A stretch of DNA of 62,407 bases, filler included, from Perkinsus olseni (taxonomy: Eukaryota): NCBI GenBank assembly GCA_013115125.1. It is 17 parts of 17 records of this genome, joined end to end, with 100 filler letters (N's around TTAATTAATTAA, not from the genome) between each part and the next. Parts side by side here need not be neighbours in the genome. Positions count along the whole stretch, not along the records: positions 25,930 to 29,508 come from JABANN010001377.1; positions 29,609 to 33,183 come from JABANN010001378.1; positions 33,284 to 36,857 come from JABANN010001379.1; positions 36,958 to 40,530 come from JABANN010001380.1; 13 more parts are not named here. One strand, written 5' to 3'. Below, one piece after another: positions 26,344-38,294 of the stretch (positions are counted from its first letter, which is position 1; the number at the start of each line of letters is the position of its first letter). The notes beneath the pieces were generated by a model that worked only from the letters and a program-made list of their open reading frames with translations, had not been told where the DNA came from and made no database searches. A program made the translations under genes and the position numbers.

Positions 26344-29300
26344 TTATTTAGCAGCCGCCGTAGCCCGTTGCATAAAGTCCTTCACATCAAGAGAAGAGTC
26401 CCCAAAGGGCGGGTTATAAGGGGTGCTTGCATCGCCGGCGGCCAAGGATAGCTTACAGTTGGAACCAGCATGTACCTCATAACCTTTATCAGTGCCCAGG
26501 ACAACAACGGCGCCCATACGAGAGACAGCATGCACCAGGAAGGGGCCTCGATATAGTCTTCCCAACTTCGCGGCACCACCAGAGCGGCTAAAGACCCAGA
26601 CCTTGTCGCCCACAGTAAACTGTCGAACCCCTCGATGAGATCCCCGAAGAGAATCTCTATAATCTTCCCATCTGGCTATAACATCTTGGATCCTGACAGT
26701 GTGCTTTTCACGAAGCCTAGCAGCACGGCTTAACGGTAACGGGCAGAGATCATCAGAAGAGCCCTTAGGATGAATGTCAGGATCTGGAAGGCCAGGGAGG
26801 CGGGGCAGCCGACAGTGCATTAGAGAGAAGGGGCTAGCGCCCAAGCGCTCACGGGAGTTCATGATATAGAGCACCTCAGGGAGTGCTGCCTCTACTGACT
26901 GGTGCTTTCCCAAACTGAGAGCGCACCTAAGACCGTGGAGTAGAACGCCGTGAGAGCGTTCGGCGACCGCATTCATAGTTGGGGCGTTGGGCGGGGTGTG
27001 GTGAATCCGAACATTGTGGGCGTTCATGACCGATCGAAAGGTGCGGGAACGAAACCCCATATGATTGTCTACCAGGAGCAGGCGAGGATATCCCCGCCTC
27101 CAAAAGACGCTGAGCAGTGACTCGGCGCTTTCCCGAGCTGTAAACCCATCAACGATTTCGGCGTCGACGTAACCGGAAACCAAGTCTGTCACCACCATGA
27201 GCTTGAGATCGGATTCAGTACCGTCGTCTCTCACAGGAACACGAAGTGGCCCTACGCCGTCAGCGGCTACACACGTCCATACATCAAGGGAGTCCAGCGA
27301 CTTGATACCGTAGCCAGAGCGTCGACGCTCATCCTTCAAAGGGGCACATACTCTGCAACTTCGGACGACTCGGGAAACCAGACAGCCCATCCGACGGAAA
27401 AAGAAACGGGACGCTAAGCGAGCCTTGGTGCGGACCGACCCCTGATGACCACCACAAGAGTGATATCTCATAACCAGTAACCGCTGTAATGCCCAAGACT
27501 TGCTAGGAACATACAGTTGGCGGTATACTTCGCCGTTAACAGAATGGCGACACAGGCGGACCAGCAGATCGGGATCTGACTCAACATCGTAGAAGGGGCT
27601 TAAGGTCGTATCGCCCCGGCGGACTGCCTGCAAAATGCATGTAGTCTCCGAATCCTCTCGCTGAGCATCTCGTACAAGAAGCTCAAGAATATCAAATCGA
27701 GCTGGGCGAACTATAACCGATGAGGCCGCCGACTCTGTAGCTTGTCGCCACAGGACGAAGACATCAGACAAGAGTCGATACCGGAATAGTCGTGAGAGGA
27801 GACTGTCGAAGGCTTGACCAAACTGGGCTTTCGCAGGAGCTCTCCCATCTGAAGCCGTGAGATTAGAAGTAAGGATGCAGCCTTCTTTGGTGGGTGTGTC
27901 CAGGATCTCATACAGACAGCTTTCTTCTTCCGGCAGCATATAATTACCAACACCATCCCCATTGCTGTCATATTTCCCCTTCCCGCGAGCCTTTACCGGT
28001 GACATCGGAACATAGTCTTGAGGAAGAAGCAAACTGACTCGGCGTGGATCGATGATGCCGGCATTGCCGGCANNNNNNNNNNNNNNNNNNNNNNNNNNNN
28101 NNNNNNNNNNNNNNNNNNNNNNNNNNNNNNNNNNNNNNNNNNNNNNNNNNNNNNNNNNNNNNNNNNNNNTGGTGACATCGGAACATAGTCTTGAGGAAGA
28201 AGCAAACTGACTCGGCGTGGATCGATGATGCCGGCATTGCCGGCAACAGGCTGCTCATCGATTTCAGTGAGCGCCTTCTCGAGATAGTGCTGCTTCTGCT
28301 GCTTGAGGGGGGTGGAGGTCACATCATCGGAGAGAACATTAGAGGCCGGTAGAGGGAATAGTCCTCGTGAGGCTGCATCCGCACTGTTCAATGTACCAGG
28401 TATATGAGAGACATAAAGGCACACCCCTGAGGACTGGATATCGTCATTGAGAGCGACTATCGATCTCAGTCTCGTTACTTCCCAAGCGACCCATCCATTC
28501 TTGGGTTTTTCTCGTGTCAGCCTGTGGTAGTTGAGGCGACTATCGGTGAGTATAAGACACCGAGCCACACCTGATACCTGCTTGATGAGAGTCTTGACGG
28601 TCACGAAACCTTGGAGCAAGGCGCACAGCTCAGCCCTCGGAGCTGTCCACTTAGAAGATCGGCGTTCAGTTGGGCCAAACACTCCACAACGACCGAAGAG
28701 GCGAGTACCACAGGTATCAGTCTCGACTATAACAGCCCAGCCGCGGACACAGGCGTCGGTGGAGACGAAAATGGTCTGGCCTGAGAATTCCCATTTCACT
28801 TGCCTGGGAAAAGGAGCAGACGAACGGAGATGACACTGCCACTCATGGACCCTATAGGTGAGAGGTTTAGTATCAGAGGAAGTCTCATCATATTCCTTCA
28901 GCAAGTCGTTCTCGTTCCTGCTAGACGACTCAGCATCTTGAAGAACATACTTGATACACATCAAGGCCTCGCACTGCAATCCCATAGGGTCATGGAACCT
29001 TGCTACGAAGGACCGTAGCTCACGACGGGTAGTTGGGCATGGGGTCGTAGATAGGGAGGATGATGACGCTACCGCTATGGTGTCATTTGAGCCTTCATAA
29101 TCATATCCCAACACCCTACCATCTTGACCATTCTTCAACACCTTCACAGGGTTCTCCTGCATACCCTTCACCTTCAGAGCTGCCGAAGATGTGGAATGTA
29201 ACTCGTCTCGACTCTCATTAGTCTGAGCGCCTCCTATAACGTCGTCCATGTAGGCCTCAACCTCTGCTTCGTCGGTAGGGTACCGGCTGTTGACGTCTAA

Positions 29301-29508
29301 GAGGGTGTGATCGATCTCGTCTTGTAGGGCCCATGGGGCCGATGATCCTCCAAACCATACCCGCCGCATAACATACCCGTAGGAGTTGTGCACAAAACAG
29401 CAATGAGGACGATCTTGACCGCTCAAGATTAGCTGGAGGAAGGCCTTTTGAATGTCGGTGCAGAAGAAGCTCGGATAGAGTCGGGTACGGAAAAGATGGC
29501 GGATAGTA
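26344..29508 (-). mobile_element. BEL/Pao LTR retrotransposon pol (RT-RNase H-integrase), 5' truncated
   Basis: TDIQKAF, RVWFGGSSAP, YMDD, ARFHDPMGL, STDAC, PRAEL, LTDS, HIPGTLNSADAASRG; integrase H-H-C-C, ADGVGP, LVDN, AERSH; frames open either side of an N gap. Confidence 0.95.
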
Positions 29509-29608
29509 NNNNNNNNNNNNNNNNNNNNNNNNNNNNNNNNNNNNNNNNNNNNTTAATTAATTAANNNNNNNNNNNNNNNNNNNNNNNNNNNNNNNNNNNN
29601 NNNNNNNN

Positions 29609-31131
29609 ATTTCTGCTCTCTTTGTCGTCCGCACTACCCTCATCCCGCCCTTTGGACCCGATTTTTCCCAGGATAAATACTTTGTAATATCTCGCAATGT
29701 TCTTCGTTATATCGACTACATCAGCTGCGCATCATGTTGCGGTTCATTCAGACCGAGGAAGTGGCTACGAGAGTGCCGGTGCTCTGCAGCGACCTGCACT
29801 CTTGGAAGCCTTGGGTAATGCGGGAGTACTACGCCGTGATCGGATCTTGCATCCGTCACTTGGGAGGGATCCTTTTCTTACTCGCGGCTCGCCAGGGTCG
29901 ATATGATGTTTCTTTTTAGGTTGTTACGGGAGGGCTTGCCGGGGAGGTTAATGTGTACGACCATTTTATGAATTTCACTCTCCTACGAACCTCGGCTGTA
30001 CTTGGTGGATCTCCGGTGAGGATCTTTCCATCATTGCTCGGTACGAGTATGTTCTTGGCATGTGATAGATACGCGCGATAGCCTTCGTTCCGAAGTCTCC
30101 AGTGGTTGTTGCAGGGGGATCCTTCGTCGGTGATTTGGCAGTGCTGGACGAGAACAGCCTATGTGTTAATAGGGTAAGTCGTAGACGTAAATGAGACGTT
30201 ACCATTGGTAACTTACCAAACTCTTGTGTGAACTGGAGAAGTATTTCAGGTTGTTAGAGCTCATGTCGGTGGTATCCTCGCATTTCGCATATACGTACGA
30301 AGCGCGGTGCAGTCCCTGCTTATTTCTTCGGGGGCTGACGGAAATGTGAAGGTCTGGGCATCGCTGAGCTCCGAGCCTCGTCTCAAGCGTACATACACGA
30401 TGAGGGAGTCGCCTGATGCTCTATGTCACCGTTCAGCAACAATTGTCAGAGTGGTACCCCACACGTTCGTGGTTACGGTTGGTACGGATGACGGCAGTGT
30501 CCAGGTGATGGGGTTGTCACTCGCAACTCGCGAGCGATCGGGTCAATTGCGTCTCGTAACTGTAAGCGTAGGTATGGGATGACTTACGAGGCCAGTGGGC
30601 GGCATATGCGGGGAGGCATAGCAGGCCGGTGTCTGGTATGGAGTTTATGGAAGACCGAAGGTGAGGATCGGAATGGTATTAGATTGCGTGCAAATTACAT
30701 TGACACTTCAATCGTAGGACTATGATTACCAGTGGTTTAACCGACTTGAAGATCTGGGATGTGCTTGATCGGTCTTGCCTCATGAGTTGGACCGCGGCTG
30801 CGACGCGCATCAGCTCCATCCTTCGGTATCAAGGCGATATCGTAGTAGTAGATTCCGATACGATTCGTTTATGGGATGTGTCGAGGTAGCATCTTGAGGG
30901 GTCCCTATCATGAGATTCACTTGTAGGCAACGGTTGCGGGGGCGTTTCGCATTTGGTTTCGATGGTGCGGTATCCTGCGCCTGCATCGACGACGACGTCA
31001 TAATCATCGGATCGAGCGAAGGCAAGTCGCTATAGCCGACTAGGCAGTATATCTTCCTCGGCCTAATGTATGGGCTTGTAGGCCTTCATGCCATCGACCA
31101 TCGTCCGAGTTACTTGCAGCGGACACCATTC
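29609..31131 (+). CDS. WD40-repeat protein, multi-exon, partial
   Basis: Exons VVTGGLAGEVNVYD, AHVGGILAF, LISSGADGNVKVW, VGTDDGSVQV, ITSGLTDLKIWD separated by short GT-AG introns. Confidence 0.8.
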
Positions 31132-31520
31132 TGAGACTCAGAATCTGATTCATTTATTGCTTCTGCACTCACCTTATTATTTTCCTTTCATAGTACCGTC
31201 CCGTAGTCGTTGTGTTACAGTAACTAAATCCCGTCGCGGGGCAGGGAGACGGCCCGGTGCACACTACAACTTCCAGCGTGGGTGAGGAGGGTGGGAGTAG
31301 TTCTCCTGAAGAACGAAGGTGGTATTACCTACCAATGTGCAACGTGAGCAATGCCTACTAATATTGTCTCTACATCTCTCTCCTTGAGGCGCCGGTAGAT
31401 GAAGTTCCTATTATCAACCACATTTCGATTATGAGCGACACTGAGATTCTACTTCACTCCACAAATGATATTTACAACACCAGTCTTTATTCGTTGTACA
31501 ACTGTATAGTAAGTTACAGA

Positions 31521-33183
31521 TCAAGTACGAAAAGAGAAGCTAGCTGGGGTTCTAGACCTTCGACCCCGACGCAAGGGGAAGGGCTGAATATCTCCCGAGA
31601 GTAGGCATTTCTCTGCATGGCTTCTCATAAGAGACTCATCGAAGGATACTGTCATCGGATCACCCGTAGAGAGGACGACCTGAGTTAAGCGGGCAAGAGT
31701 GTGCAAGGCACAGAGATTGCTCCCGGGGGACTGCTGCTGCACCCCAACGAAAGTGATGGTTCGATGGGGGCCGAATAGCTCACGGAGTCGTAGCTTGGCG
31801 TTATCCGGGACCGCACTCGTCGCCATACTGTCAACATAAAAGAGGTCTCCGTCTGTCCCTGCAGTTCTGACGACACCCGAGAAATGATTCAGATTGATGA
31901 AGATAGGCTGCAGTAACAGCAAACCATCATCAGGCGCCGCTTGGAACATCAGTCTCGAAACCNNNNNNNNNNNNNNNNNNNNNNNNNNNNNNNNNNNNNN
32001 NNNNNNNNNNNNNNNNNNNNNNNNNNNNNNNNNNNNNNNNNNNNNNNNNNNNNNNNNNNCCGTAACGGACGTTGGTTGAGACAAGTTTGGTTGACATTTC
32101 CGCCAAAGAAGCATCATCCACGTGTCAACCACACGGTCTGCGATCATCTCCCCAGCCTTCATCAACTCCGAATGGTCCTCTTCGGTGACTATCCAACGAG
32201 CGCCGGCCACGTCATGTTCTACCCATGTACTCGCAGCCGAAGCGGGTTGAGCCTCTGCTTCCGGGCCGGATTGCTCCCCCGATTGGGTCGGTTGCACCGG
32301 CGGAGATTGTGAGTGGTCGGTTGCACCCTGCCGTGAAGGCAGGAGCTCTACGACCCTCTCAGCCGGCAAGCCATCACCGTCGTTCGCCGTATCCATGGGT
32401 ATGTGCAAGACCACAGGTTCATTGGTTTGGGTACCGTGAGAACCAACCTCGTTAACGTCGACGTCGAGATACAGATCATCTGCATCCTTGTCCAGATCAG
32501 TACGAGGTACAAGCCTTCGAGTGATGCCACGAGCGCGGTGAAACCACTGATCGATGTTAGCCTCCGTCAGGTCATCCGTGGAGGTGCAGCACAGGTCATA
32601 GAGAAGCTGGTCGGTGCGTACGTAGAACGGCTTCCGCTGTGGTATATCATCATTCTCGAACCTAACCAAGTCCAAACGATTCTCAGCAAAAACGTCGTGG
32701 ACAACTTCAATCCAAACCCAGAAGTTAGGGTGGGCAGTTCCCCGAAACAAGGAGTTCCATCTCCTGTGAAAACCCTCTTGGCCATTGTTAGTTCGCGGGA
32801 GATCCTCAATGACGCGTTCACGTTGACTCCAGCGTTGAGGCGAGAAGAACTTCAGGAACCCGTAGTGCGACCGAAAATATGTCATGACCGTTTCGGACTC
32901 GACCCTAGGAAGCGTGGAGCATGCACATTTGAAGCCTAGTAGCAACTTGGACTCGGGTAAGAAAGGTAGGGACATGAGGTTGTAGAAGGCCCTCTCCCTG
33001 TTTTCTTCGGCCTGCCCATCACTAGTCTTCCAAAACTTCAGCTGGCCGAATTTTCTATATAACGCCTGACCAAAGTGGAAGAGGCATATGACCACTCGCG
33101 CCCGCGGCCAAAACTGAACGAACGCTTTGATCGCGGCCTTCTCCATGTCAAAGATACAGGAAGAGATATCTGGACCAACAAGT
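31521..33183 (-). mobile_element. Mutator (MULE) transposase C-terminal half fused to a Ulp1/C48-like cysteine protease
   Basis: FDMEKAAIKA, CLFHFGQAL, RTNNGQEGFH, HPNFW (MULE); then IADRVVD, FINLNHF, YVDS, QQQSPGSNLCAL (C48 H-D-Q-C order); an N gap lies inside the protease part. Confidence 0.88.
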
Positions 33184-34063
33184 NNNNNNNNNNNNNNNNN
33201 NNNNNNNNNNNNNNNNNNNNNNNNNNNTTAATTAATTAANNNNNNNNNNNNNNNNNNNNNNNNNNNNNNNNNNNNNNNNNNNNAGCTATCATCGGCAGGG
33301 CGGGACGAGTCGAGTTCGACGAGTTTAGGGTGGGTCGTGTGCATCGGAGCAGGATTGGCACCAACCGATAATTCTCCCGTTGTCAAACGAGGGTATTCAA
33401 CGAGCCGTTTTGGTTTGGAGTCTAATTTTCTTCTACACTCTCTACAAGTGGCTGTCCATCGATTGACCAATCGCATTGATAACAAGCGCATTCCTTTAGG
33501 TGAGTGTTAAACCCTATTCGGCCAAGTAAACTCCTCTTGATCATATGCTCTGTTTGATGTTTCATTCAGAGGTCACTACACATTGCTATCAGCCCCTGAA
33601 GGTGTTCTCCACACACCATTCAGTCATTCTAATTAACCCAAATAGCGACTCGTCGATGCAATTCCAATCACGATCGGCACAGAGGGGAACTTCATGCCTA
33701 TCGTTACTACCGAATCAGTAGAGTTTACACTCTCCGTTCGCGCTTCGCTTCCAAAGACACCTGTATTAATGGCTTGCTTGGAATGAAAGCGTTAACTCTC
33801 CGCTCGAGGTCCGCCCACCTCGCGTTTTAGGTGATTCCTTGTAGCGATTGACTACGTATCCCTCACAGTGGCAACACTACACCCGAGTAATAGATGAAAT
33901 CACTGGAGTACTACAATGAGTGCGGCACGCTTGACGTGCATTTAGTTTATATACCATGGGTATAGACTCTGTTACAGAGCCTTTTTCAATCTTATGAGAG
34001 AAAACACGATGAATGCCGTCGAGACGACGCGAGGTATCTCGCTGAGGATCTCCACGGTTGCGA

Positions 34064-35155
34064 TTACGGCGAAGCAGTTGTTGCAGCTGCAGTAGTAGCC
34101 GCAACAATAGTAGTGGCCGCCGCCGGAGTAGTAGTAGCCGCTGCTGGAGTGGTGGTAGCCACCGGAGTAGCAGTAGCCGCTGCTGGTGTGGTGGTGACCG
34201 CCGGAGTAGTAGTAGTAGCCGCTGCCGGAGTGGTGGTGCCCACCGGAGTAGCACTAGCCACTGCTGGAGTGGTGGTAACCGCCGGAGTAGTAGTAGACGC
34301 TGCTGGAGTGGTGGTAGCCACCGGAGTAGTAGTAGCCGCTGCTGGAGTGGTGGTAACCGCCAGAGTAGTAGTAGCCGCTGCTGGAGTGGTGGTAGCCGCC
34401 GGAGTGGTGGTAGCCGCCGCCGGAGTGGTGGGGGTCGCGGCCGTCGTAGTTGCTACTGTAGTTGGAGAGGTTGTGGTCACAGCATCGGTGGTGGAACCTG
34501 TTGTGACAACAGGAGTTGTTGTTGTCGTGGTAGTCGGGGAGAAGCTGCCGCAGACTGATGGGCCGCAAGGTTGATCACCATCTTGGCAAACAGCAACATG
34601 AAGCCACCACTTGCAGTGTGATACCCTATCGCCAAACAAACCGTCATTCAAAGATCGGCAATAAGCGTCACAGTTGTCACTTGCAGCGGTATGGTCATCA
34701 GGGGGAGCGGCCGTGGTAGAAGCGTCGCCAGTCGGGCACTCCGATGGGCCACACGCTTGATTACCACCTTGACAGACAGGCTCAGGTTTCCACCACTTAC
34801 AGTAGGATGACGGACCGTTCAAACCAATGCAGAAAGCATCGCAAGGCGAAGACCTGTAAGGATGACCTCCGGCAACAGTAGTTGGATCAGGTGGAGGTGG
34901 CCAAGTCTGCGATTCACAAACAGCATGGTCGCCGCATGGCTGATCTCCGCCTTGACAAACAGGCGCTGGCAACCACCACTTGCAGTAGGAGGCGGCGTCG
35001 TTCAGGCTCTTGCACATGTCGTCGCATGCAGTATTGGGACCCGTCGGAACAGTCGTTGTCGAAGCAGTGGTCGTTGTGGTGGATGAAACTTGCAGCTGTC
35101 GGACGTTATACGCAATCGCGCTGGGCAAAGCGAAGGCGACACCGATGATGGTCAT
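34064..35155 (-). CDS. Secreted/surface mucin-like protein with three Cys-rich repeats and a Thr/Ala/Pro tail
   Basis: Hydrophobic N-terminus; 3x CDxxCxxLN...S(Y/H)CKWW...VCQxGxQxCG; PAAATTT-type heptads; start codon uncertain. Confidence 0.85.
   Translation of the reverse strand: MTIIGVAFALPSAIAYNVRQLQVSSTTTTTASTTTVPTGPNTACDDMCKSLNDAASYCKWWLPAPVCQGGDQPCGDHAVCESQTWPPPPDPTTVAGGHPYRSSPCDAFCIGLNGPSSYCKWWKPEPVCQGGNQACGPSECPTGDASTTAAPPDDHTAASDNCDAYCRSLNDGLFGDRVSHCKWWLHVAVCQDGDQPCGPSVCGSFSPTTTTTTTPVVTTGSTTDAVTTTSPTTVATTTAATPTTPAAATTTPAATTTPAAATTTLAVTTTPAAATTTPVATTTPAASTTTPAVTTTPAVASATPVGTTTPAAATTTTPAVTTTPAAATATPVATTTPAAATTTPAAATTIVAATTAAATTASP
34075..34450. repeat. Coding minisatellite (~18-21-bp units) encoding the mucin tail
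   Basis: Recurring gccgctgctggagtggtggta / ccggagtagtagta units. Confidence 0.9.
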
Positions 35156-38100
35156 TAAGTAAGAGGGAGAAAACCTAGAAGTAACAGTACAACGACTGCC
35201 CAACGACGCGTCAAGAAGGACCCGTGGGCATGGAAATTGAACGATTCAGGGGCAACTGATGTTTAATGCTGCACAAGAGACGCATCTCTCGGCGTTAGGA
35301 TATCCGGAAGAAACCGTATGATTCATACCACAGGAAATCGCACTCGAAAGATTCCCTCTAAGATACATGGACGGTGCGATAGCTGTTGCGGGAGTTCTCG
35401 TCCGCCGGGATGACCTCCTAATCGTTCAAGTTGGATGTTTGCAATCGGCTGAAGGATAATAGGCCTGACCTAGCCAGATACATCCCGCATCGTTTAGTGA
35501 GTCACCAGTGATGACGACGAGCCGGTACAGCCGGCGCGAACCATGGTGACAGAACATCGCGAGAAAACAGTTTGCTCATACGGTTCGACACAAGTTGTGT
35601 CACACAACTCCAGTGTTGAGAGAGATACCAGTCCGTTAATAGTCGATCAGTCGCTCGAGCTGAAGGAGGTCGATGTCGATTCTCTCTCAACGTCTTTCTC
35701 TGCACGAAAGACTCTCGTGAAGAAATGGAATTCTTCTTCTCTGCGTGAAGAAGCATCTCTCAGAGGCACATTCAAATAGAGAAGCTTCCCTATCTCTTGG
35801 CAGGATTCGCCTACACATCCGGGAGCTGATCCAGCATCCACCCTCGTGTGCCACCACAAGCATCATCTTCAGGCCTCAAAATTCCACAAATCAAGTCGAT
35901 TTTCCCTAACGCATCAAACATCATGCAAAGAAGAACTCTCACCCAAGAATTTCAGGATGCGTATCTGAGCAAGGGCAAACATTGACTGGAGAGACTCATG
36001 AAACTTCTCGCAGGTCCGTACGTCATCTTCAGGCGACCAGAAGAGCTGTCAGGAGACCAAGCAACGAATAGGATCTTCTCCTACACAGAGGACGACCATC
36101 ACCGAGGCACTTGGTCAACATAATGCTTACGCTTCCAGAACCATCTTCGACATTCACAACAGCGAAGCGGGGCTCGCCACTTGCCTTGATAGCCTGACAA
36201 GTTTACGAAAACGATGAAGACGACCTCTTCAGACAAGCAAAACTATACCGAGATAAAGTCATCATAAGAAGCATCTTTGCCTCTATCCGACTCAACCACA
36301 ATGTGACTACCAGAGATGTTGAAGATATGTAACATACCTGAGAATGATCGACTGAAATGAATGCTAGCCAACTCACCCAATACCTCTTGTCACGATTGTC
36401 CTTGAAGCTATTGAAGCTGGCTAGAGCGGCATCATCAGCAGCAATATTTACCGAGAGACATTCGGAGAGAGCCAAATCAATCACTTGACAGCGAATCAAG
36501 CCTCACGAACAGAATCACCCAGAGGTGAACATTCATCCCTCAGCATGAATACTCCGCGAATCCCGGTAGTTGATGAGCTAAAGCTGAAGACTAGCGAGAA
36601 ACATATTATGAAACCGTTGTGTGCTATGTGTAACCGTTGTGTGGAAAGTTGCGAATCATAATAAGTGGCAACCTCGCAGCTGGAATTTTCTACCAGAGTG
36701 GTATGGAGAAAGTGCAAAGTTGTGAGCCAATCTCGCACCCCTCTGTCTGCGTTCTGCGTTCCCGAACGCAGACGTCGGGCATCTCAGTTAGCGAGGATAG
36801 TGTCCTTGCTCTTTCGTCTGCTACCATTCCGCCCGAGATTCTGCTGCGTGGTGCCCTNNNNNNNNNNNNNNNNNNNNNNNNNNNNNNNNNNNNNNNNNNN
36901 NTTAATTAATTAANNNNNNNNNNNNNNNNNNNNNNNNNNNNNNNNNNNNNNNNNNNNCTCCTTGGTAGGGTTCTTGCTGAGTGTAGCCGCAAGATGGTGT
37001 GGGTCCGTCGTCAACGAGCGGCACCATTGCGTGGGAGGGTGTTTTTCTCCAACGACCCAACCAGTCAGCGTATGTTGTCATCTCTGTCTTGCGTGGCCCA
37101 CGCCTTTACCTCAGCGGCGCCCAGCGGCAAATCACCTCCGAGTAGGAGGAAACCAACTGCCTCCTCGACTGTATCAAATGATATTACATAGATGCTTTGC
37201 CACTATTGCATGCACATGGGAGACGTCCATTCAGCTGTGCTCAGGTTTGTGTTGTCAATCGAGTTCGAAATCCATAAGATGAGAGACAGGAATCGTGATA
37301 TTTTGACGTTGAGGCGCCGACCTCGCCGAGCTTATCACGAAGAACGATGCTGTGAAGATGAGGGGATGGCAACCCACTGGAGGGGTTCCTGGTCGTCGTA
37401 GCAGTCACACGTGGAGAGGTCGGCATGAGCGAAATTGTCAAGTGGGGACCATGAGCGTTCGAGGAGAACGTGCGGAGCAGGGTGGCCTGGGAGTGGTTCG
37501 AAAATCGCTCTTCGAAGTAGTTCATTCTTAAAGCTAGGGGAAGGCTAGCGAAGAAGCGGAGAGGAGCAACACTATAAAGCTTCATGGGTGCGGTTGTGGC
37601 GGATGCGAGGTAATAGGATGCAGAGACTGATGGGTCGTAGTCTATACCGTATAAGGCAGTTTTCTAGTGTCCTGCTGAATGGTGGTGGTAATTAACGGTA
37701 TGCCAGTAGAGGCCCTGGCACCGATGAACCTTGAATCGGTTCAACTCATGGCTAGGAGTCTTCACACACAATCTCGGTATCATGAGAATTTGGAAGCAAG
37801 AAGCTCTTCATCCTCAGCCGAGTTTTGGATGCTCGATCAGATGCACTCCCGTATCAACCTCTCCTGTAGGTCGTGGTCTACAATAACTCAAAGGAATCGT
37901 GAGGCAATCCCAGCTAGAGGTCACGCTTCTTAGTATTTCACCTGGCAGGCGACTAGAGTATGTTAAGCCAAGCGAATCATGACAAGCTGTAACATGGTCA
38001 TCATCACAATGACAGCTCAACGGTCTATGAACTCGCTCATATCACCCACCACCGGTGCATGCCTCCGATCTGGGGCCTCTGACGCTCTCACCTTGATGTC

Positions 38101-38294
38101 TTTAGTGGATCCTAGTCCAGGAGAATGGCCAAGGCGGATTATGTGGATACCGTAGCACACTACTGGTGCCCAGCCTCATTTCCCTCTCATCGACCAAGGC
38201 TCTGGCGACTCTGGGGCAGTGAATCCAGTGGGTCTCTTTATGGGTTCCTTCTCGTGCAGCCGTTTTACGTTTTCCCTGATGAACAGCTAACCCG

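Noticed and set aside
33877-34574. Overlapping Ser/Gly/Cys-, Val/Ala- and Tyr/His-rich ORFs
   Set aside because: Alternative-frame shadows of the mucin minisatellite
35480-36857. Decayed DNA-transposase remnant
   Set aside because: Only a vague HIAH motif amid many stops; no ordered catalytic motifs recovered
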